Under the pieces are notes generated by a model. It saw only the letters and a program-made list of their open reading frames with translations, did not search any database and had not been told where the DNA came from. A DNA stretch of 64,000 nt from Heterodontus francisci (Eukaryota). The position numbers and the translations under genes were made by a program. The stretch's first letter is position 1. Each line of letters opens with the position of its first letter. Positions 11,290 through 23,666 of this stretch are shown here, piece after piece. The DNA lies in the NCBI RefSeq assembly GCF_036365525.1, contig NC_090399.1, forward strand, positions 31,156,430-31,220,429. Reading direction: 5' to 3'.

Positions 11290-11905
11290 AGCCTAAGCGA
11301 GGTCTTTTATGTTCTGAGAAGGTTTGATTGGACAGACGTAAAGAAAATGTTTCTGCTTGTGGGGGGAGTTCAAAACTAGTGGCTACAAATATAAGATAGT
11401 CACGAATAAGTACAGTAAGGAATTAAGGAGGATTTCTTTATCAACAGCGTGGATGCACATGGAGCACATGGAGCAGCTGACGCAAATAGCTGAGATGCAT
11501 GGAGTTATAGAGTCACAGAGTCATTTACAGCATTTAAGGAGGCCATGTGGCCGATTGAGTCCATGCCAGCTCTCGGTGGAGCAATCCAGACAGTCCCATT
11601 TCCCCACTCTTTCCCTGCAGTCCTGCAAGTTTATTTCCTACAAGTGCCCACCCAATTTCCTTTTGAAATCATTGACGATCTCTGTTTCCACAACCCTCGT
11701 AGGCAGTGAATCCGTGGTCAGTGCCACTCACTGCATAATGATGTTCTTCCTCACATCCTCCTTGCATCTCTTGCCAAAAACCTGAAATCTGTGTACCCTA
11801 GTCCTTGTACCATCAACTAATGGGAATATCTTTTCTTTGTCTACCCTATCCCAAGATGTAATAATCTTGTGCACCTCTATCACATCTCCCCTCAATTTCC
11901 TTTGC
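11290..11905. mobile_element. Two degenerate CR1 3' fragments (+ then -); the second is interrupted by the LTR element and resumes at 18465
   Basis: ORF 11728-11931 contains LRGDVIEVHKII...IFPLV...TR. The CR1 motif ctttgctgc|agaacaaccccagc is split by the LTR insertion. Confidence 0.7.
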
Positions 11906-12405
11906 TGCAAGTGCGACCAGAAGGGTAACATTAAAAGAATTAGTATTAGAATATATTAATAAGTTTAGGAGAATCGCTGTAGTTATAAGGGATCATGAAA
12001 TGATGGGATACTTGACCACGATGCTGGAACTGTATAACTCTGTACTTAATTGCCTTCATAGTCTGTGTAAACATGCTGTCCTTGCTTCACTAATCAAAGT
12101 GATAAGGGGAAAGGCTGGAAATAAGACAAACAGTAAACTATGGGACCTGGCATTTTAAGGTTTGGGAGGAGATAGCAGGGGAATGTTTGTTGGGGAATAT
12201 AATCCAGGTTATTGATCAAGCTGCAGACTGGAATGTGTCAGTGTAATGTGAACAATGAGTAATGGTTATCGTATTCTGTAGATGTGTGCGACAGATTCTG
12301 TTTCACTGAGAAGCTATTTGGGTGATGAGGGGGCTTCTCCCTTGCATATGCTTGTATAAAGACCTTTATTTTCTTTAATCTGGTGGACTCAAGGTGGACA
12401 CAACA
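11906..12405 (+). repeat. 5' LTR
   Basis: Collinear with 17956-18464. The start is approximate. Confidence 0.8.
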
Positions 12406-15400
12406 ATTTCCCGTGGTCAGCAGGATCCTCGAGGCTTGGTCGCCAGTGCTTGGTATAATGACGGCATCAGAGAGCAGGTGAGTACATTTACTTTATCAAC
12501 CATTAGATATGGACGTTGGTGTTCTGGACGTGAATCTGGCGGGTTTATTTGAGGATCCAAACCAAAGAACAGGTCCACAGGTGTAGTAACTAAAGGTGGC
12601 ACAGAGTCAGGATCTTGGTTCCTGGGGTAAAAGAGGAGGTAATATCGTTCTGCGGGTTAATCAGGTGAAGAAGTGGACGGTTGTAGAAGAAACAAGTGGT
12701 CCGTTTCTGCAGCGAGGAAGTAAGAACAATTGGAGAGGAAGGGAGAGGTCCATTATCATTTGGGAACCATGGTAGGGTATGGAGAGGTCAGTATCCACAG
12801 GAAGTAGCGAACAGCCGTAGAGGAAGCGAGAAGTCCATTTCCCGCAGAGAGGAATTAAGAACGATCGGAGAGGAAATCAGAAGACCGTTTCCCATGTAGG
12901 AACGTTAGTAGGTCATCGAGAAGTCCGTACCCATTCAAATAGTAACACTATTCAGACTGTAAAACATGAGCCGTGGCAAATAGGATCCAGAGTGGGGACC
13001 CAAGGGTCACTCACCAAATTTTTGGCAGCCAACAACAAGAAGACTTTAGCTAAAATGATCAGGAAGGTTGGGATCCCTCATGGATACCAGATAAGCATAA
13101 GGAATGGGGGAAAGAACAGACAAAAAGGAATAATTATATTATGCAAGAGCTATCTTACCACGTGTCAGTATGGAAAGTCTGAATTAGCTAGGCTAACTCA
13201 GGGAAAGGGACAGGTTACAAATGTTAAAATGGTGAGAGCCAGAGTGGGAAAGTGAGAGATATCAGGCTGAGGTAAGAGGGACAATTTAAACAAGACGTTT
13301 TAGTGAAATTTAAATGGAGTAAAAGCAAGTTACTGTGTCTTTGTTCAAGTCTGCATGAACGTTGGAAGCTTCCACGACTTTATGTACTTGTCTGTGTAGC
13401 TTGTGTGCTGTAGAGCTAACAGTCGTTAAGCCTTTGTTGTCCGGCTTTAATGTTGAAAGTATTAGTCTGTTACTTGTTCTATTCTTGTACATGTATAATA
13501 CTGTGAGAATCTTGAGTAATATTTTGGATGTGAACTAGTGTATTCCTTGGGCTTCGGGCTGGGAATGAAATGCAGATATTTCGGTACTTTGAATTCATAA
13601 CCCATTACAGGAATCAATATTCCTAAGTTTTTGGAATTAAGGAAGTTGGAATGTGATTGCTGAGTGTTGTCATTTCAATCTAAGTTTGTGCACCCAGAAA
13701 TAGGATAGAAAAATGGAATTGCATTTTAATTAAAAATGCTGGTGTGGTGTTTTATTTGTATTTTAAAAGTTGGTTTTGAAACTATGAAAAGACAATGCAC
13801 AGTTTTGTAAACAATAAGCTTCAGCCTTGAAGGCTTGGAAATACCTGGCAGAAATCCAATTTCAAGTTTTTGCTTTAATTGGACCAAAGTTTTAAATCAA
13901 CTATTGATTTGTGTTTTGCAGTTTAAATTAAAGACAATGTCTTACTGACTGTTAAAGGATAATAAAACGAGATATTGGAAAGATTTTAAAGTTAATTTAA
14001 GAGGCTGTGGTGAAGTCTTCATTGCAAGAATGTTAAATAAACTTTTCTTTAGTATTTGGTTTATTACAATCATTTGAAAAAGCGCCAGAAGAAAGAATAT
14101 GAAAAGTAACATCATTTATCTTTGCTTTTTAAAAAAAGAAAACACGTGCTATCCTGTTCTCTGTGCAGTTAATAAGCATTGGTGTGAATTAAATTCAAAT
14201 ATTTAAGATTAACTGACCTGTTAAGTTGGGGCAACTAGAATTTCATTAATGATCACAATGAACTTTGAAGTTGTCATTTCATGATATGAGCGAGTATTTA
14301 ATTCTGGATATAAGACCTGCTCATATATAACATTGGCACTTTTGGCTTCTAAATGTTTATTGCAGTTTACTGAAATTTGGAATCATCGTTGTTGTGTGAA
14401 AAAAAAACCTTAGGTTTAGAATCTCTTACAGAATTTTAAAAGTTCGGAAACAAATTGGGGTTTAATCTGAAAAGCTGCCTTCTCTAATTGAGATGTTTTG
14501 AAGTTTAAGGGGAAAATCAAAATCTAAAAACAAACAAGCAGTCTAGATGTTTTCTCCGAATACAGTGAATATGGGAAGACATGGAACATTAACAGAAACT
14601 ATCACCCCAACAGCACTGTTATTTGAATTTGTCATAATTTTGAGAGGCAAAACGTCCAGTATAATTTAACAAGTTACTTTTAAGAATATAAAATGTTATC
14701 TAATATAATGAACAAACAAATAAACGAAGGATAAAACAGAAAAGGGAATTGTAGCTCTGTGTCATGAACAAATAAGAGAGAGTGTGTGTGGAGTGTAGCA
14801 ATAAGGATCTTAGAAGGTCGGCAGTAAATAATTTGGGGTCGTCTTCCCATTTTAGGAAGCTGTCATGAACAGATTTAGGCAGGAGTCAGGAAGAAAGTTC
14901 ATGTGTGCGTAAATTTCTGTTTGTGTGTTATATCAGTGTCCTGTGATTTCCTTGGCTGTGTTAGCTCTGTCTGTGTCATCGAACTAATGACTTATTAACC
15001 CTTTGTGGCCTGGTCCTGCATGACGTTCTAAAGTTTTGATAGCTGTATAAAATGGATGAGAAGCTGTTAAAGCACACGTTTTATTTTGGCAATGGAAAAT
15101 ACAGAAGGGTTCCTTTAAGGGCGACGATAGGTAATAATAATCAGTACTGCCAATTCGATTGTTTCAATGGGTGAAAAACTCTAAGGCCCTTTCTTTCACT
15201 CCATGCTCGTGAGAGGTTGCTGTTTGAAGTTAGCAGACTTAAACGAAGGACCAAGACTACTGATAAACGTTATTTCCTTTGTTTCTTTGTTTTCATCTAA
15301 AGTGTTGCAGAAATTGTGTGGATAATGTATGTGTGTAAGTTTTAATGTGCTTTCTTTCCTAAAGGGTCGTTGTGCAAAAGGGATGTCAGCACTTTAAAAA

Positions 15401-16095
15401 CGAAGGGATTTCACAATGAGGAATATGAGTTGGTTAAAAAGGAAGGTTTAAACAAACTAAATGCTATAAGAGATTCAAGTTGTGATTTCTGGCCAAGAAT
15501 CACAATATGACTGTATTTTAATGAACGTGGGGATTTTAATCCAGATATGAATTCGCACATGCATAAACAGGGCACATTTTTAATGTTGGATACTGCTAAT
15601 TGGACCTTGGTAAATAGTTTGATCCTGAAACAGTTCACGAGTTTTAAGTTCAAATTGTTAAAAGGGAGAGAATTTGATAAAGGGATCTAAAAAGCTTGGA
15701 ATTTTGAAACATTGTCGGAAGAAAGTGTTCTGAAATTCAAATTTCTTGTTTGTTTGAAAAGTATGTGTTTAACCTATTCCATAGCTCGTGGTTTGTTCTG
15801 TCTTAGTAGGAAAAGGGTGGTGATATCGTCACTAGTCCATTTGAGGACGTTCGCCCCAACCCCTTTCAGACGAGCAGAAAGTTAACCCTTTCCGCTAGCA
15901 GTTTAAACTGACCATGCAACTTTCAAAATTTATTGCAACAAGATTGCTTCAGGAATTTGATCAGATATCTACAATGAATTGAAGCTGATGAATTAAATTA
16001 AATTGAGTTGGCATTCTTTGCTGAAATTTAAAGAGATGGGTAAACAATTAAACCACACACACAGACTTGCTGGTTTCTGTTTGGGCAACAGTAAA

Positions 16096-16422
16096 TTTAT
16101 TTATTTATTTATTTATGTATTTAGAGATACAGCACTGAAACAGGCCCTTCGGGCTACCAAGTCTGTGCCGACCAACAACCACCCATTTATACTAACCCTA
16201 CAGTAATCTCATTCCCTATCACCTACCTACACTAGGGGCAATTTACAATGGCCAATTTACCTATCACCTGCAAGTGTTTGGCTGTGGGAGAAAACTGGAG
16301 CACCCTGCGAAAACCCTCGCAGTCACAGGGAGAACTAGCAAACACAGGCAGTACCCAGAATCGAACCCGGGTCCCTGGAGCTGTGAGGCTGCGGTGCTAA
16401 CCACTGCACCACTGTGCAGCCC
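16096..16422 (-). mobile_element. tRNA-derived V-SINE (HE1-like)
   Basis: Minus-strand head GGGCTGCACAGTGGTGCAGTGGTTAGC...GGTTCGATTC (Pol III A/B boxes), V-domain core, CR1-like tail and (TAAA)n. Confidence 0.9.
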
Positions 16423-16774
16423 TTTTATTTTTTTATTTACAGATACAGCACTGAAACAGGCCCTTCAGCCCTCCGAGGCTGTGCCGACCGTCAACCACCC
16501 ATTTATACTAATCCTATATTAATCCCATTACCCTATCACATCACCACCTTCTCTTAATTCCCCTACCATCTACCTATACTAGGGGCAATTTGTAATAGCC
16601 AATTTGCCTATCAACCTGCAAGTCTTTGGCTGTGGGAGGAACCAGAGCACCCGATGAAAACCCGCGTGGTCACAGGGAGAGCTTGCAAACTCCACACAGG
16701 CAGTACCCAGAATCGAACCTGGGTCGCTGGAGCTGTGAGGCTGCGGTGCTAACCACTGCACCACTGGGCTGCCC
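16423..16774 (-). mobile_element. Second V-SINE, head-to-tail with the first
   Basis: Same A/B-box head and tail. Confidence 0.9.
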
Positions 16775-17955
16775 ATATTGGACTAAATATGAAAACAACA
16801 TCACTGTGTGTCAGCTCAGGGGGTTAGTACAGGTATCTATCCTGTTGATTGAAAATGGAAAAGTCTCAAGGTGATAGGATTGGTACTTTACTTTCCAAGA
16901 ATGTCGCATGGGGTGACATCATTCCCAATGGTCTCAGGTCAAACTACATGACTCACATTCTGTTTCTGGCAACAGGAGGGCCAGCGGCAGATTGCTTAAT
17001 TATTTTGTTTCAGGTAAACTACTGAAGCAATGGCTGCCCAGTGGGTAGCGTAACAGTGGTCACCCTCCTGGTAACTGCAGCAACATGGGAGGTGCCCACC
17101 ATAAATATCAAGAGAACTATATGACTGCATCCAGGACAGGACTTGCAACTCTCTGAAGGAGGGAGCACCTCAAGGGCATCCAACACCAGAGGGAACATCA
17201 TGGTGGGATGGACCAATCTGCTTGCATTTGTTTTAGGACTCAAAGGGATGGGCCTGTGACATGTTGGCTCGGGACTTGGCAGATAATTTTGATTCAGATA
17301 TTGAAGGTATAAGATTTAATATGCAACCCCCCAGCCCGCAGCCCACCCCGGAATATACATCAGGCTGTGAAAAGATTAGATCTTATTAATTTGAATGAGG
17401 AAAGACGGGAGCTGGTAGTTAAGCGACCTATAATGGGGGGAGTGGAGAATGCAATCAAGTTCCTAATGATTGCACCTCAATAACGTGCCAATTGTACTTA
17501 TTAAGGGGGATATAACTTCGTATCCCTGGGGGTGGTGAGGGTTGAGTTGGTGTATCATTTAGGATCACGGGGGTATATATCTCCAGGTTTAAATGGTGCC
17601 AGTTTGATGACAATATGAAAATGTTGAACTGAGTTGCAGCATTACATCATCTGCTCTTGTAATACTCTGAGACCCATCAGTAATGACTCTGCAATAGTGG
17701 TATTTGTCAGCCCTCTTGAAAAAGCCTCTAAGGCAGTCCAAACCTCCCCTACGTAGTGGTGCTTTTTGACGGACAGGACAAGGTTCTTATAAGGAGGTTT
17801 GGGGTGTGCTAATAACCACACCTTCTGCCTACAGATCATTGTCTCCTTTATGGTGGGGGATTTCCACCTTGTCGGCAGGGTCCACAAGGTGGAGGATTTT
17901 GGGAATGTTCCACCTTGTCAGGTGCTGCGTCTGACCAGGGTCCTAAAGGAGGGAA

Positions 17956-18464
17956 TGAAGTGGGACCAGATGGGGAACATTACAAGAATTAGTATTATAA
18001 CGTATTAATAAGTTTAGAAGAATCATTGTAGTTGTAAGGGATTATAAAATGATGGGATACTTGACAAGTATGCTGGAACTGTACAACTCTGCTCTTAATT
18101 GCCTGCACAGTCTATGTAAACATGCTGTCCTTGCTTCACAAATCAAAGACATAGGGGAAAGGCTGGAGAGGAGGCAGCAGTAACCTATGGGTGCTGGCAG
18201 CTTCAATGCTTGGGAGAAGATAGCGAGGGGATGTTTGTGGGGCAATACAATCTATGTTATTGATCAAACTGCAGACCTCGAATGCATCGGGGTAACGTAA
18301 ACAATAAGTAATGGTTATTGTATTCTAGAGATTTGTGCAACAGACCCTATTTCACTGAAAAGCTGTTTGGGTGACCAGAGGGCTTCTCCCTTGCATATGC
18401 GTGATTAAAATCTTTCATTTGCTTTAATCCCATGGACTCGAGTGTAGTTATTTTCTCCACAACA
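17956..18464 (+). repeat. 3' LTR
   Basis: TG...CA termini, preceded by a PPT, with an ATTAAA signal near 18404. Confidence 0.8.
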
Positions 18465-18777
18465 AGAACAACCCCAGCTTTTCCAACCTAACCTTGAAAC
18501 TAAAACCCCACCTGGTTCACTATTGTCATTTAGAGAAGGAAACCTGCCGTCCTTTCCTGGTCTGGGCCTATATGTGACACCAGACCAATACCAATGTGAC
18601 TCTTAACTGCCCTCAGAAATGGCCTAGCAAGTCGCTTAGTTGTCTCAAGGATAAACTGGAGGTGGGCAATAAAGGCTAGCCCTGCCAATAATGTCCACAT
18701 CCCATGAATAAGTAAAGGAACGGAATATTGAACGGGCATATAACAGGCATTAAGGTGATTTATTTATTCATTCTTGT

Positions 18778-20310
18778 CTTCTTTTCCATCTTTTGGGCCT
18801 CCTTATCTCGAGAGACAATGGATACGCGCCTGGAGGTGGTCAGTGGTTTGTGAAGCAGCGCCTGGAGTGGCTATAAAGGCCAATTCTGGAGTGACAGGCT
18901 CTTCCACAGGTACTGCAGAGAAATTTGTTTGTTGGGGCTGTTGCACAGTTGGCTCTCCCCTTGCGCCTCTGTCTTTTTTCCTGCCAACTACTAAGTCTCT
19001 TCGACTCGCCACAATTTAGCCCTGTCTTTATGGCTGCCCGCCAGCTCTGGCGAATGCTGGCAACTGACTCCCACGACTTGTGATCAATGTCACAAGATTT
19101 CATGTCGCGTTTGCAGACGTCTTTATAACGGAGACATGGACGGCCGGTGGGTCTGATACCAGTGGCGAGCTCGCTGTACAATGTGTCTTTGGGGATCCTG
19201 CCATCTTCCATGCGGCTCACATGGCCAAGCCATCTCAAGCGCCGCTGACTCAGTAGTGTGTATAAGCTGGGGATGTTGGCCGCTTCAAGGACTTCTGTGT
19301 TGGAGATATAGTCCTGCCACCTGATGCCAAGTATTCTCCGAAGGCAGCGAAGATGGAATGAATTGAGACGTCGCTCTAGGCTGGCATACGTTGTCCAGGC
19401 CTCGCTGCCGTAGAGCAAGGTACTGAGGACACAGGCCTGATACACTCGGACTTTTGTGTTCCGTGTCAGTGCGCCATTTTCCCACACTCTCTTGGCCAGT
19501 CTGAACATAGCAGTGGAAGCCTTACCCATGCGCTTGTTGATTTCTGCATCTAGAGACAGGTTACTGGTGATAGTTGAGCCTAGGTAGGTGAACTCTTGAA
19601 CCACTTCCAGAGCGTGGTCGCCAATATTGATGGATGGAGCATTTCTGACATCCTGCCCCATGATGTTCGTTTTCTTGAGGCTGATGGTTAGGCCAAATTC
19701 ATTGCAGGCAGATGCAAACCTGTCGATGAGACTCTGCAGGCATTCTTCAGTGTGAGATGTTAAAGCAGCATCGTCAGCAAAGAGGAGTTCTCTGATGAGG
19801 ACTTTCCGTACTTTGGACTTCGCTCTTAGACGGGCAAGGTTGAACAACCTGCCCCCTGATCTTGTGTGGAGGAAAATTCCTTCTTCAGAGGATTTGAACG
19901 CATGTGAAAGCAGCAGGGAGAAGAAAATCCCAAAAAGTGTGGGTGCGAGAACACAGCCCTGTTTCACACCACTCAGGATAGGAAAGGGCTCTGATGAGGA
20001 GCCACCATGTTGAATTGTGCCTTTCATATTGTCATGGAATGAGGTGATGATACTTAGTAGCTTTGGTGGACATCCGATCTTTTCTAGTAGTCTGAAGAGA
20101 CCACGTCTGCTGACGAGGTCAAAGGCTTTGGTGAGATCAATGAAAGCAATGTAGAGGGGCATCTGTTGTTCACGGCATTTCTCCTGTATCTGACGAAGGG
20201 AGAACAGCATGTCAATAGTCGATCTCTCTGCACGAAAGCCACACTGTGCCTCAGGGTAGACGCGCTCGGCCAGCTTCTGGAGCCTGTTCAGAGCGACTCG
20301 AGCAAAGACT
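18778..20310 (-). mobile_element. Young 5'-truncated RTE-clade LINE with an uninterrupted RT frame
   Basis: 491-aa ORF 18840-20315 (QCGFR, FIDLTKAFD, GVKQGCVLAPTLF, LLFADD, C-terminal CxxC...H). 11-bp TSD ttcattcttgt (18767-18777 / 20311-20321). Confidence 0.97.
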
Positions 20311-20677
20311 TTCATTCTTGTGATGTGAGTATAATTGGTAAGGCCAGCATTTATTGCCTATTCTTAATTGCCCTTGAGAAGGTGGTGGTGAGCTGCCTTC
20401 TTGAACTGCTGCAGTCTATGTGCTGCAGCTGCGCCCATAGTGCTTTTTCCCCTGTTGCAGTTTGATATGGTTTGATATCAGTTTGAATAGTTTGCTTGGC
20501 CATTTCGGAGATAGTTAAGAATCTAAAACGTTGCTGTAAGTTAGGAGTCACGTGTAGGCCAGACCATGCAAGGGCAGCACATTTCCGCCCGTGAAAGACA
20601 GTAGTAAACCCGAAATAAAAACAAGAAATGCTGGAACCACTCAGCAGGTCTGGCAGCATCTGTGGAAAGAGAAGCAG

Positions 20678-20713
20678 AGTTAACGTTTCGGGTCAGTGAC
20701 CTTCATCGGAACT
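20678..20713 (-). ncRNA. Minimal hammerhead ribozyme motif (inverted PLE terminus)
   Basis: Exact reverse complement of 23631-23666. Confidence 0.6.
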
Positions 20714-21433
20714 GACAAATATTAGAAAAGTCACAGGTTATAAGCAAGTGAGGTGGGGGTGGGGCAAGAGATAACAAAGGAGGTCTAGATTGGACCAGGC
20801 CACATAGCTGACCAAAAGGTCACGGAGCAAAGGCAAACAATATGTTAATGGTGTGTTGAAAGACAAAGCATTAGGACAGATCAGCTGTTAATACACTGAA
20901 TATTGAACAGCAGCAAGTGCAAACCTGAAAATAAACAGTGGGCAAGCAAACTGAACAAACTAAGATGAAATGAACTAAATGCAAAAAAAAAAAGGTTGTA
21001 AAAAATGTAAAAACGAAAGTAAAAAAAAGGAAGAAAAAAATAACTAAAAATGAAAGTAAAATGGGGAGCTGTCATGCTCTGAAATTATTGAACTCAATGT
21101 TCAGTCCGGCAGGCTGCAGTGTGCCTAATCAGTAGATGAGATGCTGTTCCTCGAGCTTGCGTTGATGTTCACTGGAACACTGCAGCAATCCCAGGACAGA
21201 GATGTGAGCATGAGAGCAGGGGGGAGTGTTGAAATGGCAAGCAACCGGAAGCTCAGGGTCCTGCTTGCAGACTGAGCAGAGATGTTCCGCAAAGCGGTCA
21301 CCCATTCAGCGCTTGGTCTCCCCAATGTAGAGGAGACCACACTGTGAGCAGCGAATATAGTATACTACATTGAAAGAAGTACAAGTAAATCGCTGCTTCA
21401 CATGAAAGGAGTGTTTGGGGCCTGGGATAGTGA

Positions 21434-23260
21434 GAACCTGTCCCCCTCTGAACTTGAGGCACTCCGTTCTCTCAGGTCTAACCCCGACACGGTCATCAAA
21501 CCTGCAGACAAGCGTGGTGCTGTTGTTGTATGGCGTAACGACCTCTACCTTGCAGAAGCTCAACGCCAACTCACGGACACTTCTTCCTACCTCCCTCTGG
21601 ACCATGACCCCACCACCGAACATCAAGCCACCATCCAAAGGACTGTCACTGACCTCATCTCCTCTGGAGATCTTCCCTCTACAGCTTCCAACCTCATAGC
21701 CCCACAATCCGCTTCTACCTCCTTCCCAAAATCCACAAACGGAACTGTCCCGGCAGTCCCATTGTGTCAGCCTGCTCCTGCCCCACTGAACTTATTTCTT
21801 CCTATCTAGACTCTATCTTTTCTCCGCTGGTCCAGTCTCTTCCCACCTACATCCGTGACTCTTCTGACGCCCTACGTCATTTTGACAATTTCCAGTTTCC
21901 TGGTCCCAACCGCCTCCTCTTCACTATGGACATCCAATCGCTCCACACCTCCATCCCCCACCAGGATGGTTTGAGGGATCTCCGCTTCTTCCTGGAACAG
22001 AGGCCCAACCAGTCCCCATCCACCACCACCCTTCTCCGCCTGGCTGAACTTGTTCTCACATTGAACAACTTCTCTTTCAACTCCACGCACTTCCTTCAAG
22101 TAAAAGGTGTTGCTATGGGTACCCGCATGGGTCCTAGTTATGCCTGTCTTTTTGTGGGATATGTCGAGCATTCTTTGTTCCAGTCCTACTCAGACACCCT
22201 CCCCCAACTCTTTTTCCGGTACATTGATGACTGTATCGGTGCCGTTTCCTGCTCCCGCCCCGAACTGGAAAACTTTATCAACTTTGCTTCCAATTTCCAC
22301 CCTTCTCTCACCTTTACATGGTCCATCTCTGACAATTCCCTTCCCTTCCTCGACTTCTCTGTCTCTATCTCTGGGGATAGGTTGTCTACTAATATCCATT
22401 ATAAGCCCACCGACTCCCACAGCTACCTCGACTACACTTCTTCACACCCTACCTCCTGTAAGGACTCCATTCCATTCTCCCAGTTTCTCCGTCTCCGACG
22501 CATCTGCTCTGATGGTGCTACCTTCCATGACGGTGCTTCTGATATGACCTCCTTTTTCCTCAACCGAGGATTTCCCCCAACTGTGGTTGACAGGGCACTC
22601 AACTGTGTCTGGCCCATTCCCCGCACCTCTACCCTCACCCCTTCCCCTCCCTCCCAGAACCGTGACAGGGTTCCCCTTGTCCTCACTTTTCACCCCACCA
22701 GCCTCCATATCCAAAGGATCATCCTCCGCCATTTCTGCCACCTCCAGCGTGATGCCACTACCAGTTGCATCGTCGCCTCCCTTCTGAAGGGATCATTCCC
22801 TCCGCGACACCCTGGTCCATGCTCCATTACCCCCACCACCTCGTCCCCGTCCCATGGCACCTTCCCCTGCAATCGCAGGAGGTGTAATACCTGCCCATTT
22901 ACCTCCTCTCTCCTCACTATCCCAGGCCCCAAACACTCCTTTCAGGTGAAGCAGCGATTTACTTGTACTTCTTTCAATGTAGTATACTGTATCCGCTGCT
23001 CACAGTGTGGTCTCCTCTACATTGGGGAGACCAAGCGCAGACTGGGTGACCGCTTTGCGGAACATCTCCGCTCAGTCCGCAAGTAGGACCCTGAGCTTCC
23101 GGTTGCTTGCCATTTCAACACTCCCCCCTGCTCTCATGCTCACATCTCTGTCCTGGGATTGCTGCTGTGTTCCAGTGAACATCAACGCAAGCTCGAGGAA
23201 CAGCATCTCATCTACCGATTAGGCACACTGCAGCCTGCCGGACTGAACATTGAGTTCAAT
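21434..23260 (+). pseudogene. PLE reverse transcriptase / GIY-YIG endonuclease, disrupted
   Basis: IKPADKRGAVVV, GVAMGTRMGPSYA, FFRYIDD and VVYCIRC...LYIGET.R. Frameshift near 21710 and a TAG at 23084-23086, where the inverted copy has CAG. Confidence 0.9.
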
Positions 23261-23630
23261 AATTTCAGAGCATGACAGCCCCCCATTTTACTTTCATTTT
23301 TAGTTATTTTTTCTTCCTTTTTTTTACATTCTTTTTTACATTTTTTACAACCTTTTTTTTTGCATTTAGTTCATTTCATCTTAGTTTGTTCAGTTTGCTT
23401 AACCATTGTTTATTTTCAGGTTTGCACTTGCTGCTGTTCAATATTCAGTGTATTAACAGCTGATCTGTACTAATGCTTTGTCTTTCAACACACCATTAAC
23501 ATATTGTTTGCCTTTGCACCGTGACCTTTTGGTCTGCTATGTGGCCTGGTCCAATCTAGACCTCCTTTGTTATCTCTTGCCCCACCCCCACCTCACTTGC
23601 TTATAACCTGTGACTTTTCTAATATTTGTC

Positions 23631-23666
23631 AGTTCCGATGAAGGTCACTGACCCGAAACGTTAACT
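23631..23666 (+). ncRNA. Minimal type I hammerhead ribozyme motif in the PLE 3' terminal repeat
   Basis: agtt CCGATGA aggtcactgaccc GAAA cg TTA act: core boxes (U4C variant), palindromic aacgtt stem III and stem I agtt/aact. Confidence 0.65.

Larger units (their letters stand above)
3811..11290. repeat. Tandem triplication of a ~1.57-kb genomic unit (3811-5383, 5384-7266, 7267-~11290)
   Basis: Collinear homology starting gattagaggcctattgagggatg at 3811, 5384 and 7267. All copies share old L2/CR1 relics. Copy 2 has a mini-PLE insertion and copy 3 a 2.7-kb CR1 insertion. Confidence 0.92.
11906..18464 (+). mobile_element. Old LTR retroelement (ERV-like) with paired diverged LTRs and a decayed, apparently non-autonomous interior
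   Basis: Direct repeats ~11906-12405 and 17956-18464 both end cacaaca. Polypurine tract aaaggagggaa lies directly before the TG of the 3' LTR. No long internal ORF. Confidence 0.85.

Noticed and set aside
16096-16774. tRNA-like A/B boxes as tRNA genes
   Set aside because: SINE heads followed by SINE body and tail; no complete cloverleaf.
17300-17940. Possible pol remnant inside the LTR element (ORF 17642-17887)
   Set aside because: No diagnostic protease, RT or integrase motif could be identified by eye.
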